The notes under the pieces were generated by a model. It was not told the DNA's origin, searched no databases, and saw only the letters and a program-made list of their open reading frames with translations. 64,000 nt of DNA. Source: Bacteroidia bacterium. Lineage in GTDB: Bacteria > Bacteroidota > Bacteroidia > M30B66. This document shows, one piece after another, positions 8,393 through 18,874 of this stretch. The number at the start of each line of letters is the position of its first letter. Position 1 is the first letter of the stretch. Both the position numbers and the translations under genes were made by a program. Location: contig OZ257142.1 of assembly GCA_965279035.1 (NCBI GenBank), positions 736,001 through 800,000 on the forward strand, written 5' to 3'.

Positions 8393-9298
8393 TCACGATT
8401 GTTGGCTTCTCTGACGAAGAAGAATTTTGCGATAATGCAACCACTCATAAGTAATACTGAGACTTAGCAGCATTACAGGCAAGCAAATCAACCAGGAAAT
8501 AGATTCTAAATAAATTGTTCCTGTTTTTCCGAAAGAAATCGTTCCCCAACAGGCAAGACCAAACAAACCAAGTGGAATGGTTCTGTACCACATATACTCA
8601 TAACGGGCTTCAATCCAAGAAGAAACATCACCTTTTTTCACTTGCTTATTTAATTCTTTCGCAACCGTTTCGAGTGCCATATTATACAAACTGTACAAAG
8701 CATAAAAAACCATCATGGGTGGAAAGAATAATACTGCTCCCATCAAGCCTACAATACTCATAAGCAGGAAAGCAGCAATCAAGAAAATAGCCCCAAATAA
8801 TAAACGGAAAAACCGATAGATCGCGAAAGCAAATCCATTTAGTTTGTCTTCACCGGGATAATGTTTTTCAATTAAGTTTTCATACCATTTTCCAATGATA
8901 GCTGCAGGAGAAAAAGTCCATTTAATCGTCTTAGATCGCGTCTTTTTTCTATCGCTTGAGAGGAGCTGAAATAACTTCAGCACATTGTCCATTTCTTTGA
9001 TTAATGGTGATTCTACAATCTTTGGTGGAGGAGGCGGAGGTCTTCTTTCGCGACGAACAATTGGATCAGTTGCTCGATGAGATTCGGGCGAATTAATAAC
9101 GAATTCTGATTTCCTTAGAAGCAATTCGCTCGCTTGTCTGGCAGAAATAAATTGCTTAGAAGCCTGCTCTTGCAAACGCTCATCCCGATGTTTATCTGGA
9201 TGAAATATCTTTGCTTTTGACCTAAAAGCTTTACGCACATCGTCGTGGCTAACAGGCAATTGCAAGTCAAGTATGGCTATAGCTTCTCGTATGGTCAT
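8393..9298 (-). CDS. J-domain (DnaJ) protein with C-terminal TM helices
   Basis: N-terminal AIAILDL...VRKAFRSKAKIFHPDKH with the HPD motif, Pro-rich linker, about 4 hydrophobic segments. Confidence 0.75.
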   Translation of the reverse strand: MTIREAIAILDLQLPVSHDDVRKAFRSKAKIFHPDKHRDERLQEQASKQFISARQASELLLRKSEFVINSPESHRATDPIVRRERRPPPPPPKIVESPLIKEMDNVLKLFQLLSSDRKKTRSKTIKWTFSPAAIIGKWYENLIEKHYPGEDKLNGFAFAIYRFFRLLFGAIFLIAAFLLMSIVGLMGAVLFFPPMMVFYALYSLYNMALETVAKELNKQVKKGDVSSWIEARYEYMWYRTIPLGLFGLACWGTISFGKTGTIYLESISWLICLPVMLLSLSITYEWLHYRKILLRQRSQQS

Positions 9299-9393
9299 CC
9301 TCTAAATAACTCAGTCAAAAGCCAAATTGTTGTATGCGGCTTCTTGCTTTTCTTGCTGCAAATTTACATTACCTTTCGGCATTCTTCTTTTTC

Positions 9394-10350
9394 ATGAAAC
9401 TTACGCCTGCCCGAACACTTGCCGAAATTGCCGATTTAATCCATGCCCGTTTCTACGGAAACCCCGATCATCTAGTTACTGGCATCAATGAAATTCATAA
9501 AGTAGAAGTTGGAGATCTTTCTTTTGTTGATCATCCAAAATACTATGACAAATGTTTGAACTCAGCGGCAACAACCATTCTTATCAATAAAGAAGTCGAT
9601 TGTCCCGATGGCAAAGGTTTACTTTTTAGTGATGATCCGTTTAGAGATTATAATTTTTTAGTCGATTTCTTTCGCCCATTTCAACCCGCTGAAAAATTAG
9701 TAAATACCTCAGCGAAAATTGGCGAAGGAACCATTATTCAACCTGGTGCTTTTGTTGGAAATCATGTGGTGATTGGTCGCGATTGTTTGATTCATCCCAA
9801 CGTGGTAATTTATGACCACTGTGTTTTGGGCGATCGTGTGGTTATTCATGCTGGAACCATTATCGGTGCTGATGCTTTCTACTTTAAACGACGTCCCGAA
9901 GGATATGATAAAATGAAAAGTTGCGGTCGCGTTGTGATTGGCGATGACGTCGAAATTGGCGCTGGTTGTACAATCGATAAAGGCGTTACTGGCGATACCG
10001 TGATTGGTCGTGGAACTAAATTCGACAACCAAATTCATATTGGGCATGATACCGTTGTGGGTGAAGATTGTCTCTTTGCAGCTCAAGTAGGAGTTGCAGG
10101 AGTTGCTACAATAGAAAATAATGTCACCATTTGGGGACAGGTCGGCGTTTCGAAAGATTTAACGATTGGATCGGGAGCAATTATTCTTGCAAAAAGCGGT
10201 GTTGGTAAATCCCTCAAAGGAAATACTACGTACTTTGGAATACCGGTGTCGGAGGCGCGTGAAAAGATGCGCGATCTAGCTAATATCAAACGCATACCTG
10301 ATATTCTCGATACGGTTTACAAACGCACACAGGATAATAAAGAAGATTAA
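9394..10350 (+). CDS. lpxD: UDP-3-O-acyl-glucosamine N-acyltransferase (LpxD family)
   Basis: Hexapeptide repeats, CTIDKG, DNQIHIGHD containing the catalytic His. ATG 9394 chosen as start. Confidence 0.85.
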   Translation: MKLTPARTLAEIADLIHARFYGNPDHLVTGINEIHKVEVGDLSFVDHPKYYDKCLNSAATTILINKEVDCPDGKGLLFSDDPFRDYNFLVDFFRPFQPAEKLVNTSAKIGEGTIIQPGAFVGNHVVIGRDCLIHPNVVIYDHCVLGDRVVIHAGTIIGADAFYFKRRPEGYDKMKSCGRVVIGDDVEIGAGCTIDKGVTGDTVIGRGTKFDNQIHIGHDTVVGEDCLFAAQVGVAGVATIENNVTIWGQVGVSKDLTIGSGAIILAKSGVGKSLKGNTTYFGIPVSEAREKMRDLANIKRIPDILDTVYKRTQDNKED

Positions 10351-10367
10351 ATTAAATTGTAAAAACC

Positions 10368-11585
10368 GTGATTGAAACAGTGAAAGGGACTAACGATCAG
10401 CATTACCGAAAGCAATTGTATGCGCTTTTGCAGGTAACTCGCGCGATTAATAGCAACTTTCCAGCTTCCGATCTCTTCAGTATTTACGAGTATATTTTAG
10501 GACACCAACTCGGATTTACCAAGTTTGCCTATTGCAGTTTCGATGGAATTTGGCGATGGCCAATTTGCGTAGGTGCCATGCATGAAACATTGAGCATTCG
10601 CCCAGAAATCGATTTGGAGCCTTTTGTTGAGATGACTTTTCTTGCTGAACAAGATAATCCTCAGCTTCAGAATTTTGATTTAGTTGTTCCAATTCAACAT
10701 AAAAATCACCCATTAGCCTATTTATTAATTGGTGAATTGGATGTTGAGGAAATTCGAAATGAGCGGAAGTTTGATTTAGAATTTATTCAAACTATCTGCA
10801 ACATCATTGCTGTAGCCATTGAAAACAAACGACTTTTCAAAGAAAATATTCAACAAGAAATGTTTCGCCGTGAGTTAGAAATGGCGCGAGAAGTTCAAGC
10901 AATGTTAATTCCTTCTTCTTTGCCGAATGATGAAGTTGTTGATTTTGCTGCGTTCTATCAACCTCAACGTCAAGTCGGTGGCGATTACTACGATTTCATC
11001 CGCATAAACGATAATGAAATGGTTTTTTGTGTGGCCGATGTTTCTGGGAAAGGAGTTTCTGCTGCTATTCTTATGGCAAATTTTCAGGCCTATTTGAGAG
11101 CCATGGTTCAGAATCAACCCGATCTTGAAAAGCTTGTCAGCGACTTAAATGATAAAGTTGTTCAAAGTGCAAAAGGAGAAAAATTCATCACGCTTTTCAT
11201 CGCACATTATAATCAAGTTACACGAATGCTCCATTATGTGAATGCAGGTCACAATCCACCAATTCTGCATAAACCCGATGGCGTCGAAATTCTCAAATTA
11301 GGAACGACTGGTTTGGGGATGATTGAAAAATTATATCGACTGGATTCGGGGAATGTTGAAATTCCACCAGGTTCGGTGTTGGTTTGTTATACCGATGGTT
11401 TGGTAGAGCAAGAAGATGATTCAGGAAGTGATTTTGGAATCGAGCACTTGATCGAATTTATTGAGCAAAATGCCGAATTGAGTTCAGAACAAATCAATGC
11501 TTCTTTGGTGAAACACTTAATAAGCTTCAAAGGCGATCAACCGTATATCGATGATATTGCCTTGCTTACCTGTCGTTTTCATTGA
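10368..11585 (+). CDS. SpoIIE/RsbU-type PP2C serine phosphatase with N-terminal GAF-like region
   Basis: VGGDYYDF, ADVSGKG, NAGHNPP, YTDGLVE and DDIALL motifs. Confidence 0.9.
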   Translation: MIETVKGTNDQHYRKQLYALLQVTRAINSNFPASDLFSIYEYILGHQLGFTKFAYCSFDGIWRWPICVGAMHETLSIRPEIDLEPFVEMTFLAEQDNPQLQNFDLVVPIQHKNHPLAYLLIGELDVEEIRNERKFDLEFIQTICNIIAVAIENKRLFKENIQQEMFRRELEMAREVQAMLIPSSLPNDEVVDFAAFYQPQRQVGGDYYDFIRINDNEMVFCVADVSGKGVSAAILMANFQAYLRAMVQNQPDLEKLVSDLNDKVVQSAKGEKFITLFIAHYNQVTRMLHYVNAGHNPPILHKPDGVEILKLGTTGLGMIEKLYRLDSGNVEIPPGSVLVCYTDGLVEQEDDSGSDFGIEHLIEFIEQNAELSSEQINASLVKHLISFKGDQPYIDDIALLTCRFH

Positions 11586-13078
11586 GCAATTGTACTTCCT
11601 TTTTTGGGTAGTTCTTCTTCCTTGTTATTGTGAAAAACATCCAAGGCAACCAACATGGCAATCATCGACCAAAATGGGGCAGAAGCTTTATCCTGATCGA
11701 GAAAATTGTTCAAAAAGCTATGAAGGAAATACGTTGATAATCCGATAAGAATTCCAATAGCTAGGAATTTCACTTCTTGAGATTTTGCAGTGATATAAAC
11801 CCTTCGGCCAGTTCTAACTGAAAGGATTACGATCATTAGATAACACAATGAGCCTATAAATCCAGATTCGGCTAATGGCCCAAGATATTCGCTATGCGCA
11901 TTCCCTAAAGTTCCCGCATTGGTGCTCACATAGGTGAGTTCATATGAACGCTGATAGGGTGCATATTGAAAGCGATAGGTTCCCGGCCCAAATCCCAGAA
12001 TGGGCTTTTTCTGAAACATCCGGATAGCCGATTTCCAACGATTAATCCGCTCTAAATTGGAAGCATCATTTTTAATGTTGGAGACTGATTTTAAATGTTT
12101 TGCAAGATCTTGAGAAGAACTTTGCTTGTTACTTGAGACCTTTTGCATGATATCGTCTTTGTAAACAAACAACACGGCAATTGCGATGATCAATCCACTT
12201 AAAACAATACGCCAATGGATTTTTAATAAGAAGATTAAATAAATCAAATACGCTCCAACAATGCTTAACCAAGCAGCTCGTGTATAGGAAACAATGATTC
12301 CTATAAAAATGATGAAGAAAAAGATGAGTGATGAGAATCGAGCTTTGGGTGAATAGGATTTATCGAAAGCAAATACAAACATCACTGGAAGCATCATCGC
12401 TATGACAGCTCCGTAAATTGTATGGTCCTTAAAAAAGGGCTGCATTACCCAGTACAATGCATTCTTATCAATATTATAATGGAAGAACTGAATGATGGAG
12501 TAAATAATTACAATGCTTAAAGGAATTGTGAAAAGCCAAATCCAAAAGCGGATGTTTTCTTTTTTCCTGAAAACCTGACTCGCTACGAAGTAAAACGAAA
12601 CCACAAACCACATCCGTGCAATCGTATACTTAATCGAAACCATGGGCATCGTGCTCGTTAACGAAGTAATTGTCATCCATAATAACATACAGATGATGGC
12701 TATGGTTACTGGATGTTTTGTAATTCGGCGATCAAATCCTCCTTCAAATAAAAGCTTGAAAAAAAACACGAGCATCACTCCAAAAAGCAATGGTTCTGTA
12801 GGAAGAGTTAATGCTGCATATTCGTTAAACTCTACGGTTAAGGAGAATGGAGTAAAGAATAAAATGAAATAAACCAGCTTGTCGAGCGATACGAGTGCTG
12901 AAAATAAAATAAGCAAGACCACCGGAATCAAAGGCAATAGGTAAACTTCTTGAGTTAGAAGCCAGGAATTTAATGCGATGAATGCACTAACAATCCCATA
13001 GAACCAAGCCGTTGGGCGGGAAAAAAAATGGAGAATACGATCACTCAAAACGACTACGGATTCGCTGAATGTTTTCAA
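11579..13078 (-). CDS. O-antigen ligase/polymerase (Wzy_C) family membrane protein
   Basis: About 12 TM helices, SYTRAAW, ERINRW, GFGPGTY and NAHSEYL motifs. Confidence 0.85.
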   Translation of the reverse strand: MKTFSESVVVLSDRILHFFSRPTAWFYGIVSAFIALNSWLLTQEVYLLPLIPVVLLILFSALVSLDKLVYFILFFTPFSLTVEFNEYAALTLPTEPLLFGVMLVFFFKLLFEGGFDRRITKHPVTIAIICMLLWMTITSLTSTMPMVSIKYTIARMWFVVSFYFVASQVFRKKENIRFWIWLFTIPLSIVIIYSIIQFFHYNIDKNALYWVMQPFFKDHTIYGAVIAMMLPVMFVFAFDKSYSPKARFSSLIFFFIIFIGIIVSYTRAAWLSIVGAYLIYLIFLLKIHWRIVLSGLIIAIAVLFVYKDDIMQKVSSNKQSSSQDLAKHLKSVSNIKNDASNLERINRWKSAIRMFQKKPILGFGPGTYRFQYAPYQRSYELTYVSTNAGTLGNAHSEYLGPLAESGFIGSLCYLMIVILSVRTGRRVYITAKSQEVKFLAIGILIGLSTYFLHSFLNNFLDQDKASAPFWSMIAMLVALDVFHNNKEEELPKKGSTIAQ

Positions 13079-14066
13079 TAATAATAGTCAATACAACAGC
13101 TAAAAGAAAAGTAGCAACGGTTGAAACAAGAACGATCAACCAACGAACAGGGTAGCTTTTCTTTTCAGCAGGTTTCGCCAAATTCACAACAAATTTGTGT
13201 GGGATTTTATCTGTCGCATCTACTTTCGCTTCCTCATACTTGGTTTTCAATCGGCTTAAAGATTCCCGATCATGTTCCATGTCTTGCGTAATGGATGTAT
13301 ACAAACCACCATATTTAGCAAGAATGGCCATCTTCTCATCAATTTGTCGAGTAGCTGATGCACTTCCTGCCATCAAGGCTTTTCCGTATGCTTCACTCAA
13401 ACGTTCAACTTGAGAATCATAATCCAAAACACCTAAATCGCGTAGTTTATTTAAGGTGTCTTCGCGCGCTTGCAGATAATGAGTAAAATCGAAATATTCC
13501 TTTTGAACAATGGCTAAAGCCTGTGAAGCTCGTTCATGCTGCATTCGGGTTTTTACAGTATCGATTAAGGTACAGATTTCATTGGCGATATCAGCAGCTA
13601 GCTTGGGATCTTCATCCATCACATCTACCCGAACCGATAAATACTCAGTACGATTGAAAGAGATGTTCTCCTCAAACATTTTGTTGAGTTCAGTCATTGG
13701 ATATCGCCCATCTTTATTGATGCGATAATGCTCCATCAAATTATACTTCGAAATCAATCGTTCCCGAATCTCATCCGAATTCAAAATTTGAAGCATTTGC
13801 TCAACTTGCTCTTCTTCTCCAAACTGAAGGATATTCTCTTTCTCAAAAGAATTCTCACTTAAAAGCGATTTAGAAATGGAACTGTTGGTCGTCGGAAACA
13901 TAATGACCGATGACTTGAAGCGTGGTTTGATGAAAAATTCTGATGAAAATACCACTGATGCAATGAGTGCAGCCAGTGTTGCGATCAAAATCGGCTTACG
14001 TTTCTTCCAGAGAAATATCAACAAGTTTGTTGAATCAAACAGGCTTCCCGGTTGTGTTGACTCCAT
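13041..14066 (-). CDS. wzz: Wzz-type polysaccharide chain-length determinant
   Basis: Two terminal TM helices, periplasmic coiled coil, PAEKKSYP motif before TM2. Confidence 0.8.
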   Translation of the reverse strand: MESTQPGSLFDSTNLLIFLWKKRKPILIATLAALIASVVFSSEFFIKPRFKSSVIMFPTTNSSISKSLLSENSFEKENILQFGEEEQVEQMLQILNSDEIRERLISKYNLMEHYRINKDGRYPMTELNKMFEENISFNRTEYLSVRVDVMDEDPKLAADIANEICTLIDTVKTRMQHERASQALAIVQKEYFDFTHYLQAREDTLNKLRDLGVLDYDSQVERLSEAYGKALMAGSASATRQIDEKMAILAKYGGLYTSITQDMEHDRESLSRLKTKYEEAKVDATDKIPHKFVVNLAKPAEKKSYPVRWLIVLVSTVATFLLAVVLTIIIENIQRIRSRFE

Positions 14067-14129
14067 ATTGAATTGGATTCTATCTTTAGTTTGCCCGCAA
14101 AAGTAGCATTTTCAGCCCATTTGCTTTAA

Positions 14130-15569
14130 TTACCCATATTTCAGAATGCGGAATATTGATTTTACGTGGAGTAATCCAATCGCAAAAGCAAATGCAGCCG
14201 ATATCCCGGAAAAAACAACCATCCCAATTATCCAATTTTGAAACAGCAATTGACTGATCCAAGCAAAGAGAATTACTGCAGGAATGAAAATGCAAAGTTG
14301 AGTGATTAAACGAACGTTTACCTTAAACTTAAAAATGCGTTGAGCTAGGTATAGTTGCAATATTGCCGTCCCGAATTGAGTAATTAATGAGGAAAGGGCA
14401 GCTCCCTGTGCCATAAAATGAGGAATCAAAAGAGCATTTAAGGTTAGATTAAACACCATTCCAGATCCAGCCATGATATTAAGCTGTAGAAGATTTCCAT
14501 TGGCCGTTAAGAGAGTACCGAAAATATAGGATAAGGAAGAAGCGATGAAACATCCCATCAAAATTGAAAATACCTGAGCCGATTCATGCGCATGTTCTTT
14601 ACACAACAAACGCATCATTTCTTCATTGAAAAAGATACAACCTACCGTAATAACTATAGCAGGAGTTAACAGAATAGTGAAAGCTAGTTTTACTAGTTGT
14701 TCAACTGACTCCTTATAACGAAGCATGCGTGCAAACATGGGCAACAGCAATCCTGCGAATAAAAATGAAATCATGTTTGCTGAATCGAGTAAACGATAAG
14801 CCGATGCATAAATTCCACTTTCGATTGCCCCATTAGGTAAAATTCGTTCGAGCATCACGGTATCAACTCGATTATAAAAGGTCATGAGCAAAACGAGGAT
14901 GGCAAAGGGAAAACTCTTCTTTAGTATTAAGAAGAAAAAAGGGCGATTCCATTTTAATTGTTTGAAAGCAGCTTTTCGAACAACAATGAAAAACGTAATT
15001 AATGTAGTGAGTAAATAGGAAAATGTTTGAGTATAGATGAACCATTCAATTTGAAATGGACCGTCAGTAACATGTCCCCACAATAAAATACTACAAAAAA
15101 GAATCATCAAACTTCGATCAAGTACCGAAATGATGCTATCCGTTTTGAAGAGATGCAATCCTGCTAAATTCGATCTCATGTAAAGAATCATGAAAGCGAG
15201 AAACTGATTAAAGCCCAGCATGGCTAGTAATCCAAGTTGCTTGGGCGAATATCCGATGAGGAAACCTGCTGTTAATGTAATCACCATAAAAGCAATTCCC
15301 AATAATAGCTTCAGAGCTAGAATGCTTGAAAAATGCTTATTAATTAAATGGTTGTTTTGAGCGATGTTCTTGTTATTGAAATTGGTAATTCCAAAATCCA
15401 AGAGGATATTCAATAAAAAAGAAAAATTGAAAATGGCAAAGTACATCCCATACGCTTCGGTACCAACAGTTTGCTGAACAGCTCTATCAATACCAAGAAT
15501 CCAAAATGGCTTGATGAGCAAATTGAGCGTAAGTAATAAAGCAAGATTTTGGATGAACTTTTTTTGCAT
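14130..15569 (-). CDS. wzx: Wzx-type oligosaccharide flippase
   Basis: Polytopic membrane protein with YGMYFAIFNF, LDFGI, RVDTVML and GIYASAYRL motifs. Confidence 0.82.
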   Translation of the reverse strand: MQKKFIQNLALLLTLNLLIKPFWILGIDRAVQQTVGTEAYGMYFAIFNFSFLLNILLDFGITNFNNKNIAQNNHLINKHFSSILALKLLLGIAFMVITLTAGFLIGYSPKQLGLLAMLGFNQFLAFMILYMRSNLAGLHLFKTDSIISVLDRSLMILFCSILLWGHVTDGPFQIEWFIYTQTFSYLLTTLITFFIVVRKAAFKQLKWNRPFFFLILKKSFPFAILVLLMTFYNRVDTVMLERILPNGAIESGIYASAYRLLDSANMISFLFAGLLLPMFARMLRYKESVEQLVKLAFTILLTPAIVITVGCIFFNEEMMRLLCKEHAHESAQVFSILMGCFIASSLSYIFGTLLTANGNLLQLNIMAGSGMVFNLTLNALLIPHFMAQGAALSSLITQFGTAILQLYLAQRIFKFKVNVRLITQLCIFIPAVILFAWISQLLFQNWIIGMVVFSGISAAFAFAIGLLHVKSIFRILKYG

Positions 15570-15585
15570 AATAGCAACTCCAGTC

Positions 15586-16053
15586 TTAACGCAAACGATC
15601 GGCAGAACGAACCAATGCTTCGTCTTTTCGAATTGCCCTATTGGCTAAAAAAATAAAAATCACCCCAATAAGTGGGAGCATTAATCCCCAACCATAGGTT
15701 CCTGCTAGGTGCTCTCCAGGTATTGCATCCAATGTTTTGTTGATCGAGCCAACCAACAATAAGAGCATGGCGGTATAAGCTAACATAGCTGATGCACTTA
15801 AACGTAATTGTAAAGAACGTCGTTTATATAGAAACAAAATGATGAGAGGAAAGAGCGTAAGTAAAAAACCTACTGCAACTAATGAAGGTTGACTCACAAG
15901 CACCTTTTCTTCTGGGCTTTCTTGCATCAAACCACCTAAATAAAATGTAAACGATGCACCATTTGCGATGGTGTGGTATAATGGGGCTGCAAGTAAAATT
16001 CCTGAGCAACAAGCGGCCAGAAATAAATAGAGACTTTGAATTCGTTGGATCAT
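15586..16053 (-). CDS. DUF4293 family membrane protein
   Basis: Starts MIQRIQSLYL and ends AIRKDEALVRSADRLR. Start placed at ATG 16053. Confidence 0.88.
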   Translation of the reverse strand: MIQRIQSLYLFLAACCSGILLAAPLYHTIANGASFTFYLGGLMQESPEEKVLVSQPSLVAVGFLLTLFPLIILFLYKRRSLQLRLSASAMLAYTAMLLLLVGSINKTLDAIPGEHLAGTYGWGLMLPLIGVIFIFLANRAIRKDEALVRSADRLR

Positions 16054-16273
16054 TTTTTCTTTGAAAGGCTGCAAAAATAGATAATGATAGCTGTTTTCCT
16101 TCGCATAAAATATGTTCTTCCTATGTTGTATATCCAAATTATTGTATTATTGCACTCGTTTATCACATAAATCACTCCGATACTGTTTCATATTCAGTCC
16201 TCAACACTGAATAACTTCATCGGAAATCCCCTCACAAAACTGAATTACGAGTCATTTAATACGGTATATCCGC

Positions 16274-18361
16274 ATGTACGACATTCTCGAACTGAATGCC
16301 AAGCTTGTAGGTGAATTGCGTGAAATCGCCAAGAAGCTCAACATCTCCAAAGCTGACGTCCTTAAAAAACAAGATCTGGTATACCGGATACTTGATGAAC
16401 AGGCACTTAACCCTACTGAAGCAAGTCGATTGAAAAAGAAAGAAGAAAGCTCGAAGCCCGCTGCTAAACCAGCTGCCGAAGTTCCTCCAAACAAAAATGT
16501 GGAAGCCGTTAAATTGACGCTCAATCCAGCGGATGTTCGACGAATGGCAACTCAAGCTATGCAAGATGAAAAGCCTGTTCCTAAACAGGAAGTTTCAAAA
16601 CCAGCCATCAAAGAAGCGAAAGTTTCAAAAGAAGAAGTGAAACCTCTTCGGGGGCGTCGTCCAAATGCTCTTAAAGAAACACCTGCTCCTTCAATTCCTG
16701 AAGCTCCAGCACCTAAACCGCTTTCCGAGAAAATTCCGGTTAGAAATAATCCGCGTTTACCTCGCCCACTTGCTGGAAAACCTCCCGTTCCTTCTGAGCC
16801 AATTTCAGAAAAGCCAACAGTAGAAAAGCCCAATCCACCAGCTGAAGGTGAAGTTGTTAAAGTGGTTCCAACTCCTCATCCCGATGGAAAGTTGATTAGA
16901 ACCGATCGTCGCGAACGAACCAATCGAATGCCTTTTGATAAACGTTCCGATAACCTTGCGAATTATCAACCTCCTGCTTCTGCTCAAACACCTCCACAAG
17001 CACCGCCAACTCAAGCACCTCAACAAACTCCTCAACAAGCTCCAGCCCCTCAGAATAATTCTGGACAACAACAAAATTCAAATCAAAATCCTCAGCAAAG
17101 AGGAAATTGGCAGAATCAAAATCAGAATCAGAATCAACAGCGCCAACAGATGCCGCGTCCTCAGCACCAGCATCAACAACGCAATCCAAGCTTTCAACAA
17201 GCCAATGTAGAAAGTTCAACTCCAATTGATCCACTTCTTAATCTCGACCTAACTGTTCCTACCGAAGGTGTGCTCGAAATGATGCCCGATGGTTACGGAT
17301 TTTTACGCTCGTCTGATTATAATTACCTCGCTTCTCCCGACGATGTATATGTTTCTATTGCTCAAGTAAAACTTTACGGTCTTAAAACTGGCGATACAGT
17401 TGATGGTGGCGTTCGTGCTCCGAAAGAAGGAGAAAAATATTTTCCACTTACACGCATCGATAAAATTAATGGCCGCGATCCTTCCTATGTGCGCGATCGT
17501 GTTCCTTTCGATTTCCTAACACCTATGTTTCCGGATGAGAAATTGAAACTTACCGGTCATAAGCAAGGTACTATGTCGACTCGCGTGATGGATCTTTTTA
17601 CACCCATCGGAAAAGGTCAACGTGGATTAATTGTGGCTCAACCCAAAACGGGTAAAACAGTTCTACTAAAAGAAGTTGCTAACGCGATTGCTGATAATCA
17701 TCCGGAAGTATACCTTATCATTCTTTTGATTGATGAACGCCCCGAAGAGGTAACCGATATGGCGCGTAGCGTGAAGGCTGAAGTGATCTCCTCTACGTTT
17801 GATGAACCAGCAGAACGCCATGTTAAAATTGCCAATATCGTTCTCGAAAAAGCAAAACGCATGGTAGAATGCGGACAAGATGTAGTCATTCTACTCGATT
17901 CAATTACTCGTCTTGCAAGAGCTTACAATACAGTGCAACCTGCATCTGGTAAAGTACTTTCAGGTGGTGTTGATGCTAACGCACTGCATAAACCAAAACG
18001 CTTTTTTGGAGCAGCTCGTAAAATTGAAAAAGGTGGTTCTTTAACTATTCTCGCAACTGCACTCATTGATACTGGTTCTAAGATGGACGAAGTGATTTTT
18101 GAGGAATTCAAAGGAACCGGTAATATGGAACTTCAACTCGATCGCAAACTCGCTAACAAACGCGTTTTCCCTGCAATCGACTTGACCGCTTCATCTACGC
18201 GTCGCGATGATTTATTGGTTGATAAAGAAACCCTTCAACGTATGTGGATTCTTCGCAATCACCTAAGCGACATGAATACTGTGGAAGCGATGGAATTCAT
18301 TCGTCAACAAATGAATGGAACAATCAGCAATGAAGAGTTTCTAATAGGAATGAATGGCTAA
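16274..18361 (+). CDS. rho: Transcription termination factor Rho with large N-terminal insertion
   Basis: Rho_N helices, [30 protein letters not shown] and FKGTGNMEL motifs. Confidence 0.98.
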   Translation: MYDILELNAKLVGELREIAKKLNISKADVLKKQDLVYRILDEQALNPTEASRLKKKEESSKPAAKPAAEVPPNKNVEAVKLTLNPADVRRMATQAMQDEKPVPKQEVSKPAIKEAKVSKEEVKPLRGRRPNALKETPAPSIPEAPAPKPLSEKIPVRNNPRLPRPLAGKPPVPSEPISEKPTVEKPNPPAEGEVVKVVPTPHPDGKLIRTDRRERTNRMPFDKRSDNLANYQPPASAQTPPQAPPTQAPQQTPQQAPAPQNNSGQQQNSNQNPQQRGNWQNQNQNQNQQRQQMPRPQHQHQQRNPSFQQANVESSTPIDPLLNLDLTVPTEGVLEMMPDGYGFLRSSDYNYLASPDDVYVSIAQVKLYGLKTGDTVDGGVRAPKEGEKYFPLTRIDKINGRDPSYVRDRVPFDFLTPMFPDEKLKLTGHKQGTMSTRVMDLFTPIGKGQRGLIVAQPKTGKTVLLKEVANAIADNHPEVYLIILLIDERPEEVTDMARSVKAEVISSTFDEPAERHVKIANIVLEKAKRMVECGQDVVILLDSITRLARAYNTVQPASGKVLSGGVDANALHKPKRFFGAARKIEKGGSLTILATALIDTGSKMDEVIFEEFKGTGNMELQLDRKLANKRVFPAIDLTASSTRRDDLLVDKETLQRMWILRNHLSDMNTVEAMEFIRQQMNGTISNEEFLIGMNG

Positions 18362-18364
18362 TCA

Positions 18365-18874
18365 ATGAAACCTGAAACACGTTTTGCCCTATTCATTTTC
18401 GCAGCATCTGTCATTTGGAGAACTGGTCTTTACCTAAGTGGTTTTGCCGATTCTACGTTAGGGAATTATCCTTTGCTACCTGTGTTTGGTTTTCTTCTCA
18501 TTGGAATGTTCCGAGGGATGGAAAACCGCAGACAACTCGATTTCCCAAACGGAATTCCGTTTTTGCCTGCTTTTAAAACAGGAATGTCAATCGCTGCATT
18601 GTTTTCTTTGATGTACACTTTATTCATTTATGTGTACATCACCTATTTAGATTACGATTTCAAAGGTCGATTTATAGCGAAACGTGTTCTTGATCTTCGG
18701 AAAAATAAAACTCCTGAAGTAGATATTACAGCATGGATTGATGGAGCAGAGAAATTTCCATTTGCCATGACCTGGATCCTTTTTACATTCATCGGATTGA
18801 TGGTGCTCAGTGTGTTTTATGCAGGTGTTATTGGTCGGATGATGGTTAAAAAATATCCTGTAAAAGCAGCTTAA
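18365..18874 (+). CDS. DUF4199-like membrane protein
   Basis: 4 TM helices and an AFKTGMSIA motif; lies directly after rho. Confidence 0.6.
   Translation: MKPETRFALFIFAASVIWRTGLYLSGFADSTLGNYPLLPVFGFLLIGMFRGMENRRQLDFPNGIPFLPAFKTGMSIAALFSLMYTLFIYVYITYLDYDFKGRFIAKRVLDLRKNKTPEVDITAWIDGAEKFPFAMTWILFTFIGLMVLSVFYAGVIGRMMVKKYPVKAA

Noticed and set aside
16552-17234. Antisense and alternate-frame ORFs over the rho insertion (e.g. DSDSDFDS)
   Set aside because: These are shadows of low-complexity Q/N/P codons in rho.
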